DNA of 64,000 bases from Chloroflexota bacterium (GTDB taxonomy: Bacteria; Chloroflexota; Dehalococcoidia; DSTF01; RBG-16-68-14): positions 130,146 through 194,145 of the forward strand of contig JAJCYW010000021.1 in assembly GCA_029262675.1 (NCBI GenBank). The letters are read 5' to 3'. Position 1 is the first letter of the stretch, and each line of letters opens with the position of its first letter. Below, in pieces: positions 49,448 through 59,605 of this stretch. The notes under the pieces are model-generated. The model made no database searches and was not told where the DNA came from. It was given only the letters and a program-made list of their open reading frames with translations. Made by a program: the position numbers and the translations under genes.

Positions 49448-49990
49448 ACGTCGTCTTCCAGGAAGTCGTCCTCTAGCGGCTCGAATATCGTACGTGGGTG
49501 GTAGAGGTCCTTGAGCCACGGCAGCAGCAACTGCCGGATGGCCGCGAGGCTGACGATACTTGCGACGATCAGCAGCACCAGACCCCAACTGTTACCCGCC
49601 GCGACAATGCCAAGCGCGGCGCCCGCGGCCGGCGCGTGTTCTGTATTCATCGCCGCCATCAGGAAGATAGCCAGGCCTACGGCAAGCGACCCTCCGAGCG
49701 CGACCTGCAGCGCAACGGTTGGGTCGAATATCGAACCGAGCGTGCCTGTAGCCAGGGCGATGCCATACCCACCCAGCGTGTGACGGGGCTCGGCCATTTC
49801 GCTGTACGGCATGATGAAGAGGACGAACGCCGTAGAGCCGATGGCCGAGACGACGACCGCGTTCGATAGCGCGCCGCGCTCGAAGAAGAGCACGCCGAGC
49901 AGCACCAGCGTCGCCAGCGAGCATTTGGAATACGTAGCTCGGCAGGTCACGCCGCAGCTTTGGATCGAGGACGTGTGACAGAAGCTGCAA
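49444..49990 (-). pseudogene. HPP family membrane protein with a frameshift near codon 22
   Basis: MQLLSHVLDPKLRRDLPSYVFQ joins CSLATLVLLG... if one A is removed from CAAATGC (about 49924); HAPAAG motif. Confidence 0.6.
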
Positions 49991-50006
49991 ACTCTGCGAC
50001 TTACCG

Positions 50007-51785
50007 CTAACGCCGACGGAACTGGCGCGCGAGCACGCTAGCGCTCATGTGGACGGTCGTCGGGCGGCCGTGGGGACAGGTGCGCGGGTGCTCGGCGGCC
50101 TCAAGCAGGCTCAGCAACTCGCGCTGTTCGTCCTCCGTCATCGTCTGCCCCGCGCGCACGGAGCCGTGGCATGCCAGCGACGCCGCGAGCCGGTGAACGG
50201 GGTCGTCTTGAGGGCCGTCCTCCCGCGCCAACAGATCGAGCAGCTCGCCGACCGACCGCGTCACATCGCCGCCCTCCGCGATCGCCGGGGGCACCGCGCG
50301 GATCAGGAAGGCGCCGTCGCCGAACGGTTCGATCTCGAACCCGCTGGCCGTGAGTTGTTCTGAGAACGTGCCCAGCAGCGCCTGCTGGCGCGCCGTCAGC
50401 TCCACTGTCGCTGGCTGGAGCAGCGGCTGCAGCTCGCGGACACCCTCCGCGAGCCGGCGGAGGTGGCGCTCGTAGAGCACGCGCTCGTGCGCGGCGTGTT
50501 GGTCGACGAGGTACATACCTTCAGGGCCCTCGGCGATTACATACGTGTTGCTCACTTGGCCGACAGGCCGAAGCACGGGCAAGTCCCCGGACGCCGGAAG
50601 CTGCGGACGGGCGACCGCCTCCGCGCCGGCCTGCGGCGTGTTGCTGAGGAAATCTGGCACGTCCGACCGCGGGGCCGCCTGCGCAGTGCCGAAGCCTGGG
50701 CCGGCGGCGAAACCGCCGGTAGGCGGCGACGCGTTGGCGAACCTGGCCGCAAACGCCGGATTCGCCGAGGTATCGATCGCGGGCACGGGCGTCCGGGCTG
50801 AGAGCGTGGTCCGCACGGCGCGCTGGACCGCGGCGAAGACGGCGCGCTCGTTGCGGAAACGCACCTCGGCCTTCGCCGGGTGGACGTTGACGTCGACCTC
50901 GTCCGGCGGCAGCGTGATCTCGATAATGGCGATGGGATGGCGGCCCGCGGGCAGCATGCCTTGGTACGCCTCCGCAACCGCGAACGTCAGCGCCCGGTGG
51001 CGGATCCAGCGCCGGTTTGCGAAGAGCGAGATGTAGGTTCGGTTGGCGCGGGAAACGGCCGGCGAGCCCGCCAGCCCCGCGATCTTCAGCGACCCCTGCG
51101 CGCGCGCTTCTGTCTCCAGAGGAAGCAGCTCCGACGCGACCTCGACGCCGTAGACCGCGGCGGCGGCATCTCGCACGTCACCGTTGCCCGGCGTGGACAG
51201 CGCCGTCCGCTTGTCGGTGCGCAGCGTGAACCGCACTTCCGCGTAGGCCAACGCATAGTGCGTGAGCACCGTCGCGATCTGCCCGCCCTCCGAGGCCGCC
51301 GACCGCATGAACTTGAGCCGCGCAGGTTGGCGGTGAAAGAGCCCCTGAACGGTTACGGACGTTCCCGGCGGCGCGCCCGCGCTGCCCTGATGCTCAACAG
51401 CGCCGTCCTTGAGAACGATGCGGCCCGCGACGAGCGCGCCCGGCGTACGGGACTGCAGCTCGACATCGGCGGCGGCGGCGATACTTGGCAGCGCCTCGCC
51501 GCGGAAGCCGAGCGTCTCGATGCGCCACAGCTCGTCCTCCGTCGACAGTTTGCTGGTCGCATGGCGCTCGAACGCGACGAGCAGCTCTTCAGGTTCGATG
51601 CCGCAGCCATCGTCCGTGACGCGGAGGAAGGCGATGCCGCCCTGCCTCGTCTCGACCGTGATCTGGCGCGCGCCTGCGTCGAGCGAGTTCTCGATCAGCT
51701 CTTTGACGATGGACGCGGGACGCTCGATGACTTCGCCGGCGGCGATGCGGGCAGCTTCGTGCGGGGTGAGCACGCGGATAGGCAC
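50007..51785 (-). CDS. mutL: DNA mismatch repair endonuclease MutL
   Basis: IAAGEVIERP, GFRGEAL, DVNVHPAK, DQHAAHERVLYE, ACH, CPHGRP; GTG start. Confidence 0.96.
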   Translation of the reverse strand: MPIRVLTPHEAARIAAGEVIERPASIVKELIENSLDAGARQITVETRQGGIAFLRVTDDGCGIEPEELLVAFERHATSKLSTEDELWRIETLGFRGEALPSIAAAADVELQSRTPGALVAGRIVLKDGAVEHQGSAGAPPGTSVTVQGLFHRQPARLKFMRSAASEGGQIATVLTHYALAYAEVRFTLRTDKRTALSTPGNGDVRDAAAAVYGVEVASELLPLETEARAQGSLKIAGLAGSPAVSRANRTYISLFANRRWIRHRALTFAVAEAYQGMLPAGRHPIAIIEITLPPDEVDVNVHPAKAEVRFRNERAVFAAVQRAVRTTLSARTPVPAIDTSANPAFAARFANASPPTGGFAAGPGFGTAQAAPRSDVPDFLSNTPQAGAEAVARPQLPASGDLPVLRPVGQVSNTYVIAEGPEGMYLVDQHAAHERVLYERHLRRLAEGVRELQPLLQPATVELTARQQALLGTFSEQLTASGFEIEPFGDGAFLIRAVPPAIAEGGDVTRSVGELLDLLAREDGPQDDPVHRLAASLACHGSVRAGQTMTEDEQRELLSLLEAAEHPRTCPHGRPTTVHMSASVLARQFRRR

Positions 51786-51897
51786 GTAAGGCGACCTCCG
51801 CGGCCATGGTACCACCGAGGGAAGCAGCGAACCACGACACATAACAACGGAGCGCGGCTGTCGCCGCGCCCCGCGTTGTCTCTTCCCTTGAGAGCGT

Positions 51898-53205
51898 CTA
51901 GACCGCTTCGACGATGGTCGAGATGCCCATCCCCGCGCCGATGCACTGTGTGGCCAGGCCGTAGCGCTTGCCGGAGCGCTGCAGCTCACGCGAGACGGTG
52001 CCGACGAGGCGCGCACCCGTGGCGCCAAGCGGGTGTCCGATCGCGAGCGATCCGCCGTTGACATTCACCTTGTCAAGCGAAATGCCGAGCTCCTGGCACG
52101 ACGGTATCACCTGCGCCGCAAACGCCTCGTTGAACTCAACGCGGTCGATCTGGTCGGACGTGATGCCGGCGTGGCGGAGCGCCCTGTTTGTGGAGGGCAC
52201 CGGGCCCAGGCCCATTAGCTGCGGCTTGACGCCGCCGACGCCGAAGCCGACGATGCGGGCCATCGGCTCAATGCCCAGCTCTCGCGCCTTCTCTTCACTC
52301 ATCAGCAGCGCCACGGAGATGCCATCGTTGGTCGGGCAGGAGTTACCCGCCGTGACGCGGATCTCCTGACCGCCGTAGCTCTGGATGCCGCCGATCGCCT
52401 TCAGTCCGCCCAGACCCTCCATGTTCGTTCCGCGGCGGAGACCCTCGTCCTGCGCGAACGTGACCATCTCGCCGCGCTCGTCCGGCACCCACTTGCCTTC
52501 GTCATCCATTACGGGCGTCTCGACCTCTAGCGGAATGATCTCGTCGTTGTAGATGCCGTTGTCGTACGCGACAGCGGTTCGGCGCTGGCTCTCGACAGCA
52601 AATTCATCGATCGCCTCGCGGCTAAGGTCGTAGACCTCAGCAACGTTCTGCGCCGTCTGCGTCATCGACATCAGCGGCGGCGCGTCCAGAATGTAGTCCG
52701 GGAACTTCACGGAGAAATCGTCGTCGTGGTTGGGCGCCATGTCACGCTGCTCGGGCGTTTGGTCCTGCCGCTTGCTATTGAATTCCGTCACGCGGGTCTT
52801 CTCGAAGCCGGGGCCGCCGGCCAGCGTTCGGCCCATCCGCTCGACGCCGAGGGCGATGCCGACCTCGGTCGCGCCGACCATGATCGACTGGGCGATGCGG
52901 TGGAGCGTCTCCATGCTGGAGCCGCACTGGCGGTCCGAGTCGAACGAGCAGACCTCCGACGGCATGCCAGCCATTCGGGCGATAACGTTCGCGCCGATGC
53001 CGCCGGCGAACTCGCCGACACCCAATACGTTGCCCATGCCAACGTCTTCCACCATCGACGGCTTGACCTTGGGGTTACGTTCCATGACAGCGCGCAACAC
53101 GTGCGCTCCGGCCTCGTCCAGCCGAGTCGCGACCATCATGCCGCGGCCGCCGCGCGCGAACGCCGAGCGGGCGGCGTCAACGATCACTACGTTCTTCAGT
53201 TCCAT
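51898..53205 (-). CDS. Thiolase (acetyl-CoA acyltransferase)
   Basis: RQCGSS, NEAFA, GHPLGATG, CIGAGMG. Confidence 0.93.
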   Translation of the reverse strand: MELKNVVIVDAARSAFARGGRGMMVATRLDEAGAHVLRAVMERNPKVKPSMVEDVGMGNVLGVGEFAGGIGANVIARMAGMPSEVCSFDSDRQCGSSMETLHRIAQSIMVGATEVGIALGVERMGRTLAGGPGFEKTRVTEFNSKRQDQTPEQRDMAPNHDDDFSVKFPDYILDAPPLMSMTQTAQNVAEVYDLSREAIDEFAVESQRRTAVAYDNGIYNDEIIPLEVETPVMDDEGKWVPDERGEMVTFAQDEGLRRGTNMEGLGGLKAIGGIQSYGGQEIRVTAGNSCPTNDGISVALLMSEEKARELGIEPMARIVGFGVGGVKPQLMGLGPVPSTNRALRHAGITSDQIDRVEFNEAFAAQVIPSCQELGISLDKVNVNGGSLAIGHPLGATGARLVGTVSRELQRSGKRYGLATQCIGAGMGISTIVEAV

Positions 53206-53336
53206 CGTGTCCTCCTCAATTCTGATTCGTATCTCTCAGCTTCGTATCTCGCGAACGCACGGTACTATTGAGTCCGCGCGACTGTCAAGCTGCGCGGCCT
53301 GATCTGGCAAGCGACGCGCGGGTATACTGCGAAACG

Positions 53337-54482
53337 ATGGCAAGCGAAAAACAACCACCGCGCCCGACTGTCGATATCGGGGCCGACCTGCTCGTCCAAA
53401 ACTGGCGTGGCGAGCTGGAAGCGGTCGAACTCTACCAAGTGCTGGCCAAGCACGAACGGTCCGAGCAGCGCACCCAGATCCTGCTGGAGATGGTCAAGGA
53501 CGAGGAGCGCCACGCGGACATTATGGCGCAGCGTCTGGCTGAGATGGGCGTGGCCCTTCCCGAATACAAAACCACGCTGCGCGTTCGCGTGATGGGGCTG
53601 CTGGCGCGGCTCTTTGGTACGAGCGCCGTCCTCCCCATCGTCGCCAGCATCGAGGCCGACGACGTGACGGCCTACCTTGAGCCGGAGCAGGATGTCGCAG
53701 TGCAGGGCCTGGCCGGCGACGAGCAGCGCCACTACAAGGCGCTGGGCAGCCTCTCCGGCACCGCCGACCCCGGTAGCATCGCCCGCCACGAGCGCTGGCA
53801 TCCAAAAGGTGGCGGCGGCACGCTGCGGGCGGCGATCTTCGGCGTAAGCGACGGACTGGTATCCAACCTGGCCCTGGTGATGGGCTTCGCCGGCGCCCAG
53901 GCCGATGCCGAGTTCGTGATGCTGGCCGGCGTCGCCGGGCTGCTGGCGGGCGCCTGCTCGATGGCCGCCGGTGAGTACACGTCGATGCGGGCCCAGCGCG
54001 AACTCTACGAACGACAGATCCAACTTGAGGAGACTGAGCTGCATCTGATGCCGGAAGAAGAAGAGGCTGAACTGCGGCTGATCTATCGCGCGAAGGGCAT
54101 CCCTGCGGAAGAGGCGAGGCGGCTGGCGAGCACGATCATGGCGAACAAGGACATCGCGCTCGACACGCTAGTCCGCGAAGAACTCGGCCTCGATCCCGCA
54201 GAGCTCGGCTCGCCGTGGGGCGCCGCCATCAGCTCCTTCCTGGCGTTCACCGCTGGCGCGATAGTTCCCGTGCTGGCCTATTTCAGCGGCGCGGGCTGGC
54301 TGCAGTTCGCCATCAGCGCGACGCTGAGCGGCCTGGCGCTCTTCGCCGTCGGCGCGGGCGTCTCGCTCTTCACGGGCCGCAGCGGGCTTTACAGCGGCGC
54401 GCGACAGCTCGCTATCGGCGCGGCGGCCGCGGCGATCACGTTCGGCATCGGCTCCGCGATAGGCGTGGGGGCGGGGATCTAG
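53337..54482 (+). CDS. VIT1/CCC1 metal transporter with ferritin-like (rubrerythrin) N-domain
   Basis: EERH and EQRH di-iron motifs; AIFGVSDGL, SMAAGEY, EELG. Confidence 0.88.
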   Translation: MASEKQPPRPTVDIGADLLVQNWRGELEAVELYQVLAKHERSEQRTQILLEMVKDEERHADIMAQRLAEMGVALPEYKTTLRVRVMGLLARLFGTSAVLPIVASIEADDVTAYLEPEQDVAVQGLAGDEQRHYKALGSLSGTADPGSIARHERWHPKGGGGTLRAAIFGVSDGLVSNLALVMGFAGAQADAEFVMLAGVAGLLAGACSMAAGEYTSMRAQRELYERQIQLEETELHLMPEEEEAELRLIYRAKGIPAEEARRLASTIMANKDIALDTLVREELGLDPAELGSPWGAAISSFLAFTAGAIVPVLAYFSGAGWLQFAISATLSGLALFAVGAGVSLFTGRSGLYSGARQLAIGAAAAAITFGIGSAIGVGAGI

Positions 54483-54486
54483 AAAC

Positions 54487-56658
54487 GTGAGCGACATCTA
54501 CAATCCCGACGTTCCTCTCGACGACCCAGACCTCGACAAGTTTGGCCGCCGGCCATTCGCTGAACGAATTGCACAGACGATTGCGGCTAGAAGCGACTCA
54601 TCCAGCCTGGTCATAAGCGTCTTCGGCGCTTGGGGTGAAGGAAAGACGACCGTCCTCCGATTCATGGAGCGGGCGCTTCGCGAAACAGACGGCCCCGAAT
54701 GTGTCTGGTTCAACCCATGGCTTTTCGGCAGTCAAGAGCAGCTAGTCATTTCTTTTTTCAACGCGATAGCCGTGGGACTAGACAAGACGCTTGCCACTAA
54801 GGCCGAAAAGGTAGGCGACCTGTTAAGGCAGTACGGGGCTCTCCTTGCACCTCTCTCCTTCACGCTCGGTGGTGTAGTTCAAATATCTCCTGGAAAGGGC
54901 GTTGAGGAGGCCGGTAAGGCACTCGCAGCCGTTGATCTGAACGAGTTGCGCGAGCGAATTGAGACCATTCTCGCGAAAGAAGGGAATCGCATCGTCGTAA
55001 TAATGGACGACATTGACCGCCTCGATCGGTCCGAGATCCAAACGATATTCAGGCTCGTGAAGCTGTCCGCCGATTTTCAGCACATGACATATGTCCTAGC
55101 ATTCGATCCAAATGTCGTGGCGGGAGCTCTATCAGAGATGTATGGGACGGGCAGCGCCAAAGCAGGCGCCGATTTCCTGGAGAAGATTGTTCAGGTTCCG
55201 CTGCAGTTGCCAGCAACGCCCAAGGCCGCGTTACGCCGACTCAGTTTTGACAGCGTTAGCGAGGCGCTTAACGACATGAAGATTGACCTCTCCGCGGATC
55301 AGACCCAACGGTTCGGCAGACACTTCGTGGATGGGCTCGAACCGCGAATGGAGACACCTCGAATGGCCAAGAGGTTCACGAATGCTTTGAACTTTGCCCT
55401 CCCCCTACTAAAAGACGAGGTTGACGTCGTCGACCTGATGCTCATCGAGGGGATCCGCGTCTTCTATCCGCGCCTTTACGCGGAACTCAGGCGCAGCGGA
55501 CATTTGTTCTTGGAGTCACTCACAGGCGCGACTGGACCACAAGAGAAACAAAGACGCGCCGAACTCGTAAATCAGGCCCTGGCCGACGTCTCGGAGGAGC
55601 ACGCCAACTGTGCGCGCGGTCTACTCCGGGTCCTGTTTCCGCGAATTGGTGATGTCGAATACGGGCCGCATTGGGATCAGTCATGGGCAAAGGAACGGCG
55701 AGTAGCATCAAGAGAGTACTTCCACCGCTATTTCTCTTGCGCAGTCCTAGAGGATGACGTTTCGGACCAGAAACTTGCATCCGTCTTGGGGAAGTTAGAG
55801 CACGAATCTGTCGATGACCTGGCTTCGCAGTTACGAACGCTGGCAGGAGACAAAGGAGCTTCTGCATTGATTACCAAATTGAGAAGCGAAGGCAGCCAGT
55901 TAACCTCTGCTTCTTCCCGTGCGTTGGCATTGGCAATCGCCGAAATTGGCGATACGTTGCCTCACCCCGATGAGCTCTTCTCATTCCTCACGCCCTTTTC
56001 GCAAGCAGGGATACTTGTGAGTTATCTCGTAGAGAATCTGCCACGCGGAACTGCCCGCTTTGAACTCGCGAAGCAGGTCGTACTCGACGCACAGCCACTC
56101 TCATTTGCTGTCGAATGCTTCAGATGGATTCGATCGGGAACCGATAAAGAAGACGACGACCGGACCATACCAGAAGACAAAGAGGACGAATTGGGTGCCC
56201 TGCTTGCGGAAAGAATAAGATCATGGTGTGAATCTGGGGCGGCGTTACATACAGTCTTTCCTCAACACGTCCCCTGGATTCTCTTCATTTGGATGCATTG
56301 GCGCTCTCGCGAGGAAACATCTCAATACCTTGCAGCGCTGTTTGACGATGAACCGGCGACCGCGATTGAATTTGTAATGACGTATGTCCCTACGGCCTGG
56401 GCTGGCGACTCAGCCACCGGAAGAAAGTCAGACTTGGAACGCAGAGCATTCGATTCGATCGCGGAAGTCGTGGACCCGAAAACTGTCTATGATGCTCTAT
56501 GTCTAGTCATAGGGGAGCAATTGAATCCCGGGACGTACGTTGAGGACGAAGCACTCGATCCTAACCACCGCATAGCGTTGCAGTTCGCGTACATCTACCA
56601 CCATCCGCCAGCTCAGGAACCTGCGGATGGAAACGAGCAGACAAGCGAACCTGCTTGA
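54487..56658 (+). CDS. KAP-family P-loop NTPase
   Basis: GAWGEGKT, FNPW, MDDIDR, FLEKIVQ, TPR; lower GC. Confidence 0.87.
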   Translation: MSDIYNPDVPLDDPDLDKFGRRPFAERIAQTIAARSDSSSLVISVFGAWGEGKTTVLRFMERALRETDGPECVWFNPWLFGSQEQLVISFFNAIAVGLDKTLATKAEKVGDLLRQYGALLAPLSFTLGGVVQISPGKGVEEAGKALAAVDLNELRERIETILAKEGNRIVVIMDDIDRLDRSEIQTIFRLVKLSADFQHMTYVLAFDPNVVAGALSEMYGTGSAKAGADFLEKIVQVPLQLPATPKAALRRLSFDSVSEALNDMKIDLSADQTQRFGRHFVDGLEPRMETPRMAKRFTNALNFALPLLKDEVDVVDLMLIEGIRVFYPRLYAELRRSGHLFLESLTGATGPQEKQRRAELVNQALADVSEEHANCARGLLRVLFPRIGDVEYGPHWDQSWAKERRVASREYFHRYFSCAVLEDDVSDQKLASVLGKLEHESVDDLASQLRTLAGDKGASALITKLRSEGSQLTSASSRALALAIAEIGDTLPHPDELFSFLTPFSQAGILVSYLVENLPRGTARFELAKQVVLDAQPLSFAVECFRWIRSGTDKEDDDRTIPEDKEDELGALLAERIRSWCESGAALHTVFPQHVPWILFIWMHWRSREETSQYLAALFDDEPATAIEFVMTYVPTAWAGDSATGRKSDLERRAFDSIAEVVDPKTVYDALCLVIGEQLNPGTYVEDEALDPNHRIALQFAYIYHHPPAQEPADGNEQTSEPA

Positions 56659-56665
56659 GGGTCTC

Positions 56666-59416
56666 CTACTCCTCCCGCGCCTGCTCCCGCAGCTCGTAGA
56701 GCTTCTCCAGCGCCTCCAGGGGCGTGAGGCCGTCCAGGTCTAGCGCCGCCAGTTCTTCCAATAGCTGCGGACGCGGCGACAAGCCCTGCGCTGAGCCTGC
56801 CGAAGGGAGCGGCATCTGGGTTGCCGTTCCGCCAACCCCGGCCGCCGGCGATGCCACGGGCGCAGCGACAGGTGCTCCAACGTCGGCTTCCAACGCGGCC
56901 AGCACCTGCCTGGCGCGCTCAACGACGGACGGCGGCAGGCCGGCCAGCTCCGCGACGTGGATGCCGTAGCTGCGGTCGGCGCCGCCGGGGACGATCTTGT
57001 GCAGGAAGACCACCCTGCCCTGCTCCTCGGCCACGGCCACGTTCTCGTTGCGGACGCGCGGCAGCGCCTCCTCCAGCGCCACCAGCTCGTGGTAGTGGGT
57101 AGCGAAGAGCGTCATTGCCGCCGACTCCGAGTGCTCGTGCAGGTATTCGACGACGGCGCGGGCGATCGCCATGCCGTCGTAGGTGCTGGTGCCGCGGCCG
57201 ATTTCGTCGAGGATGACCAGCGAACGCGGCGTGGCGTTGTGAAGGATGTTGGCGGTCTCCAGCATCTCGACCATGAACGTCGACTGGCCGGAAGCGAGGT
57301 CGTCCTGCGCTCCGACGCGGGTGAAGATGCGGTCGACGAGTCCGATTTTCGCCGAAGCCGCTGGCACGTAGCTGCCGGCCTGTGCCATCAGCACGATCAG
57401 GGCCACCTGCCGCAGGTAGGTCGACTTGCCCGCCATGTTGGGGCCGGTGAGGATCACGATCTGCGCGCCGTCGTTCGACAACGACGTGTCGTTGGGCACG
57501 AACGCGGACGGCGATCCGGCGGCCGGCGTCGCCTCCGCCAGCGTCCGTTCGACGACCGGGTGGCGGCCTTCGCGAATCTCGATGCGGTCGCCGCCGTCCA
57601 GCTCCGGCCGCACGTAGCCGTGCCGGCCGGCGGCCTCCGCCAGCGCGGCGGCGACGTCGAGTTCCGCTATCGCGGCGGCGAGCGCGAGCACCGGCCCGGC
57701 GGCGGCCGCCACCTGGTCGCAGACGCCGCGGAAGATCTCCTTCTCCAGCTCCGCGATACGCTCGCCGGCGGAAAGAATGCGCGACTCGTACTCCTTGAGT
57801 TGCTCCGTGACGTACCGTTCGCCGCCGACGAGCGTCTGCCGGCGGACGTAGTCTTCCGGCACCAGCTCCAGGTTCGGCTTGCTGACTTCGATGTAGTAGC
57901 CGAACACTCTGTTGTAGCCAATGCGGAGCGAACGGATGCCCGTCCGTTCCCGCTCCGCCGCTTCGAGGTCGGCAAGAAAACGCTTCGTATCGGTCGCGAT
58001 GACGCGCAGGCCGTCCAGCTCCTCGGAGAAGCCCGGCCGCACGACGCCGCCCTGGCCGAGACCTGCCGCCGGGTCGTCGTCGATCGCGGCTGCAATCGCC
58101 GCGACGACATCGTCGCACGGCTCCAGCCTGCCTGCCAGTTCGATGACGGCAGCCGCCGCGCCATCGTTGGCGAGCTCCGCCGGCGGCGACCCCGGTTGCG
58201 GCAGGAACGCGCGCAGGCCGGGTGCCGTCTCCAGGCCCCGCAGCAGGCCGGCGAGGTCGCGCGGGGCTGCCAGCCCGGCGACAATGCGACCGCAGAGCCG
58301 CTCGATGTCCGGGCAGTCCGCCAGCAGGTCGCGCGCCTGCGTCCGGCGGATCGCGCTCTCGTGGAAGTAGGCGACCTGGTCGAGCCTGGCCTCGAGCGCG
58401 GCGCGTTCGGCCAGCGGCTGGCCGAGCCGTCGCGCTAGCAGCCGCGCGCCCATCGCGGTCTTCGTCAGATCGAGCACGCCCAGCAGCGAATGACCGCCGC
58501 CTACGTGGCGGCTGCGTCCGCTGTCCCGGCTTCGGCCGTCATCTCGGCTAGACGAGAACAACTCCAGATTTCGCCGGGTGGTGGCGTCAAGCGTCAGGAA
58601 GCCCTCCGCGCGAAGGGCCGTCAGCCGCGTAATCTGCGGCAGCGGCCCTCCCGCCGCCTGGTTCTCTCGCAGGTAGTGGAGCAACGCCCCGGCCGCGGCG
58701 ACGGCCGCAGGCTGTCCGGCCAGCCCAAACGCATCCGTCGAGGCGACGGCGAAGTGGTCGCGCAGCGCGGCCTCCGCCACTTCGACAACGTAAGCGTCCG
58801 GGGTAACGGCCGTGACCACGGTCTGCGTCTGGTCCTTCATCTGGTCGAGCGGCGGCACATCTTCCGGTAACAGCAACTCGGCTGGCTGGAGACGCTGCAG
58901 CTCCCCGGGCAGCGCCGCGACGTCCACCTCACCCGCCACGAACTCGCCGGTCGATACGTCGGCGTACGCGATACCGGCCGCCGCGCCTGGCGCGGCCCAG
59001 GGATCGGCGTCTTTGCGCCCAGTACGCGGCGGCGCCAGCGCGACGAGGTAGTTGTTGGCGCGCTCGTCGAGCAGCTCACCTTCGACGACCGTTCCGGGCG
59101 TGACAACGCGCACTACTTCGCGCTCGACGAGGCCCTTCGCGCTGGCGGCGTCGCTCATCTGCTCGCAGATCGCCACCTTGTAGCCCTTGCCGATCAGCCG
59201 CGCGATGTGGCCGTCGATCGAGTGGTACGGCACGCCCGCCAGCGGCACGCGCAGCCCCTTGCCCATCGGCTTGCTGGTCAACGTGATGTCGAGCTCTGCG
59301 GCGACGAGCTTCGCGTCGTCGTCGAACGTCTCGTAGAAGTCGCCGAGCCGGAAGAAAACGATAGCGTGGGGGTAGCGGCGCTTGATATCGAGGTACTGGC
59401 GGCGAATGGGGGTCAC
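56666..59416 (-). CDS. mutS: DNA mismatch repair protein MutS
   Basis: GDFYETF, TGPNMAGKST, STFMVEM, DEIGRGTST, ATHYHEL, SYGIHVA. Confidence 0.97.
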   Translation of the reverse strand: MTPIRRQYLDIKRRYPHAIVFFRLGDFYETFDDDAKLVAAELDITLTSKPMGKGLRVPLAGVPYHSIDGHIARLIGKGYKVAICEQMSDAASAKGLVEREVVRVVTPGTVVEGELLDERANNYLVALAPPRTGRKDADPWAAPGAAAGIAYADVSTGEFVAGEVDVAALPGELQRLQPAELLLPEDVPPLDQMKDQTQTVVTAVTPDAYVVEVAEAALRDHFAVASTDAFGLAGQPAAVAAAGALLHYLRENQAAGGPLPQITRLTALRAEGFLTLDATTRRNLELFSSSRDDGRSRDSGRSRHVGGGHSLLGVLDLTKTAMGARLLARRLGQPLAERAALEARLDQVAYFHESAIRRTQARDLLADCPDIERLCGRIVAGLAAPRDLAGLLRGLETAPGLRAFLPQPGSPPAELANDGAAAAVIELAGRLEPCDDVVAAIAAAIDDDPAAGLGQGGVVRPGFSEELDGLRVIATDTKRFLADLEAAERERTGIRSLRIGYNRVFGYYIEVSKPNLELVPEDYVRRQTLVGGERYVTEQLKEYESRILSAGERIAELEKEIFRGVCDQVAAAAGPVLALAAAIAELDVAAALAEAAGRHGYVRPELDGGDRIEIREGRHPVVERTLAEATPAAGSPSAFVPNDTSLSNDGAQIVILTGPNMAGKSTYLRQVALIVLMAQAGSYVPAASAKIGLVDRIFTRVGAQDDLASGQSTFMVEMLETANILHNATPRSLVILDEIGRGTSTYDGMAIARAVVEYLHEHSESAAMTLFATHYHELVALEEALPRVRNENVAVAEEQGRVVFLHKIVPGGADRSYGIHVAELAGLPPSVVERARQVLAALEADVGAPVAAPVASPAAGVGGTATQMPLPSAGSAQGLSPRPQLLEELAALDLDGLTPLEALEKLYELREQAREE

Positions 59417-59532
59417 GTGCGGGCGTCCTGCTCCAGAATGTTTGCCCGAGTGTACAGAAACGCTATCGCCACAACAAGGAGCGCAGCAGGCCGGCGGCCT
59501 CCAGAACCAGGATGCTGTTGCGGATTAGAGAA

Positions 59533-59605
59533 CCGAGCTGCTACGGCAGGCCACCATGCCGAGCTGCTATGGCAGGCCACTAGGCCGAGCTGCTATGGCA
59601 GCTCG
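59533..59605. repeat. 26-bp tandem repeat (two full copies and one partial)
   Basis: CCGAGCTGCTA(C/T)GGCAGGCCAC units at 59533 and 59559, partial at 59585. Confidence 0.75.

Noticed and set aside
59533-59605. CRISPR array
   Set aside because: Head-to-tail tandem units with no unique spacers.
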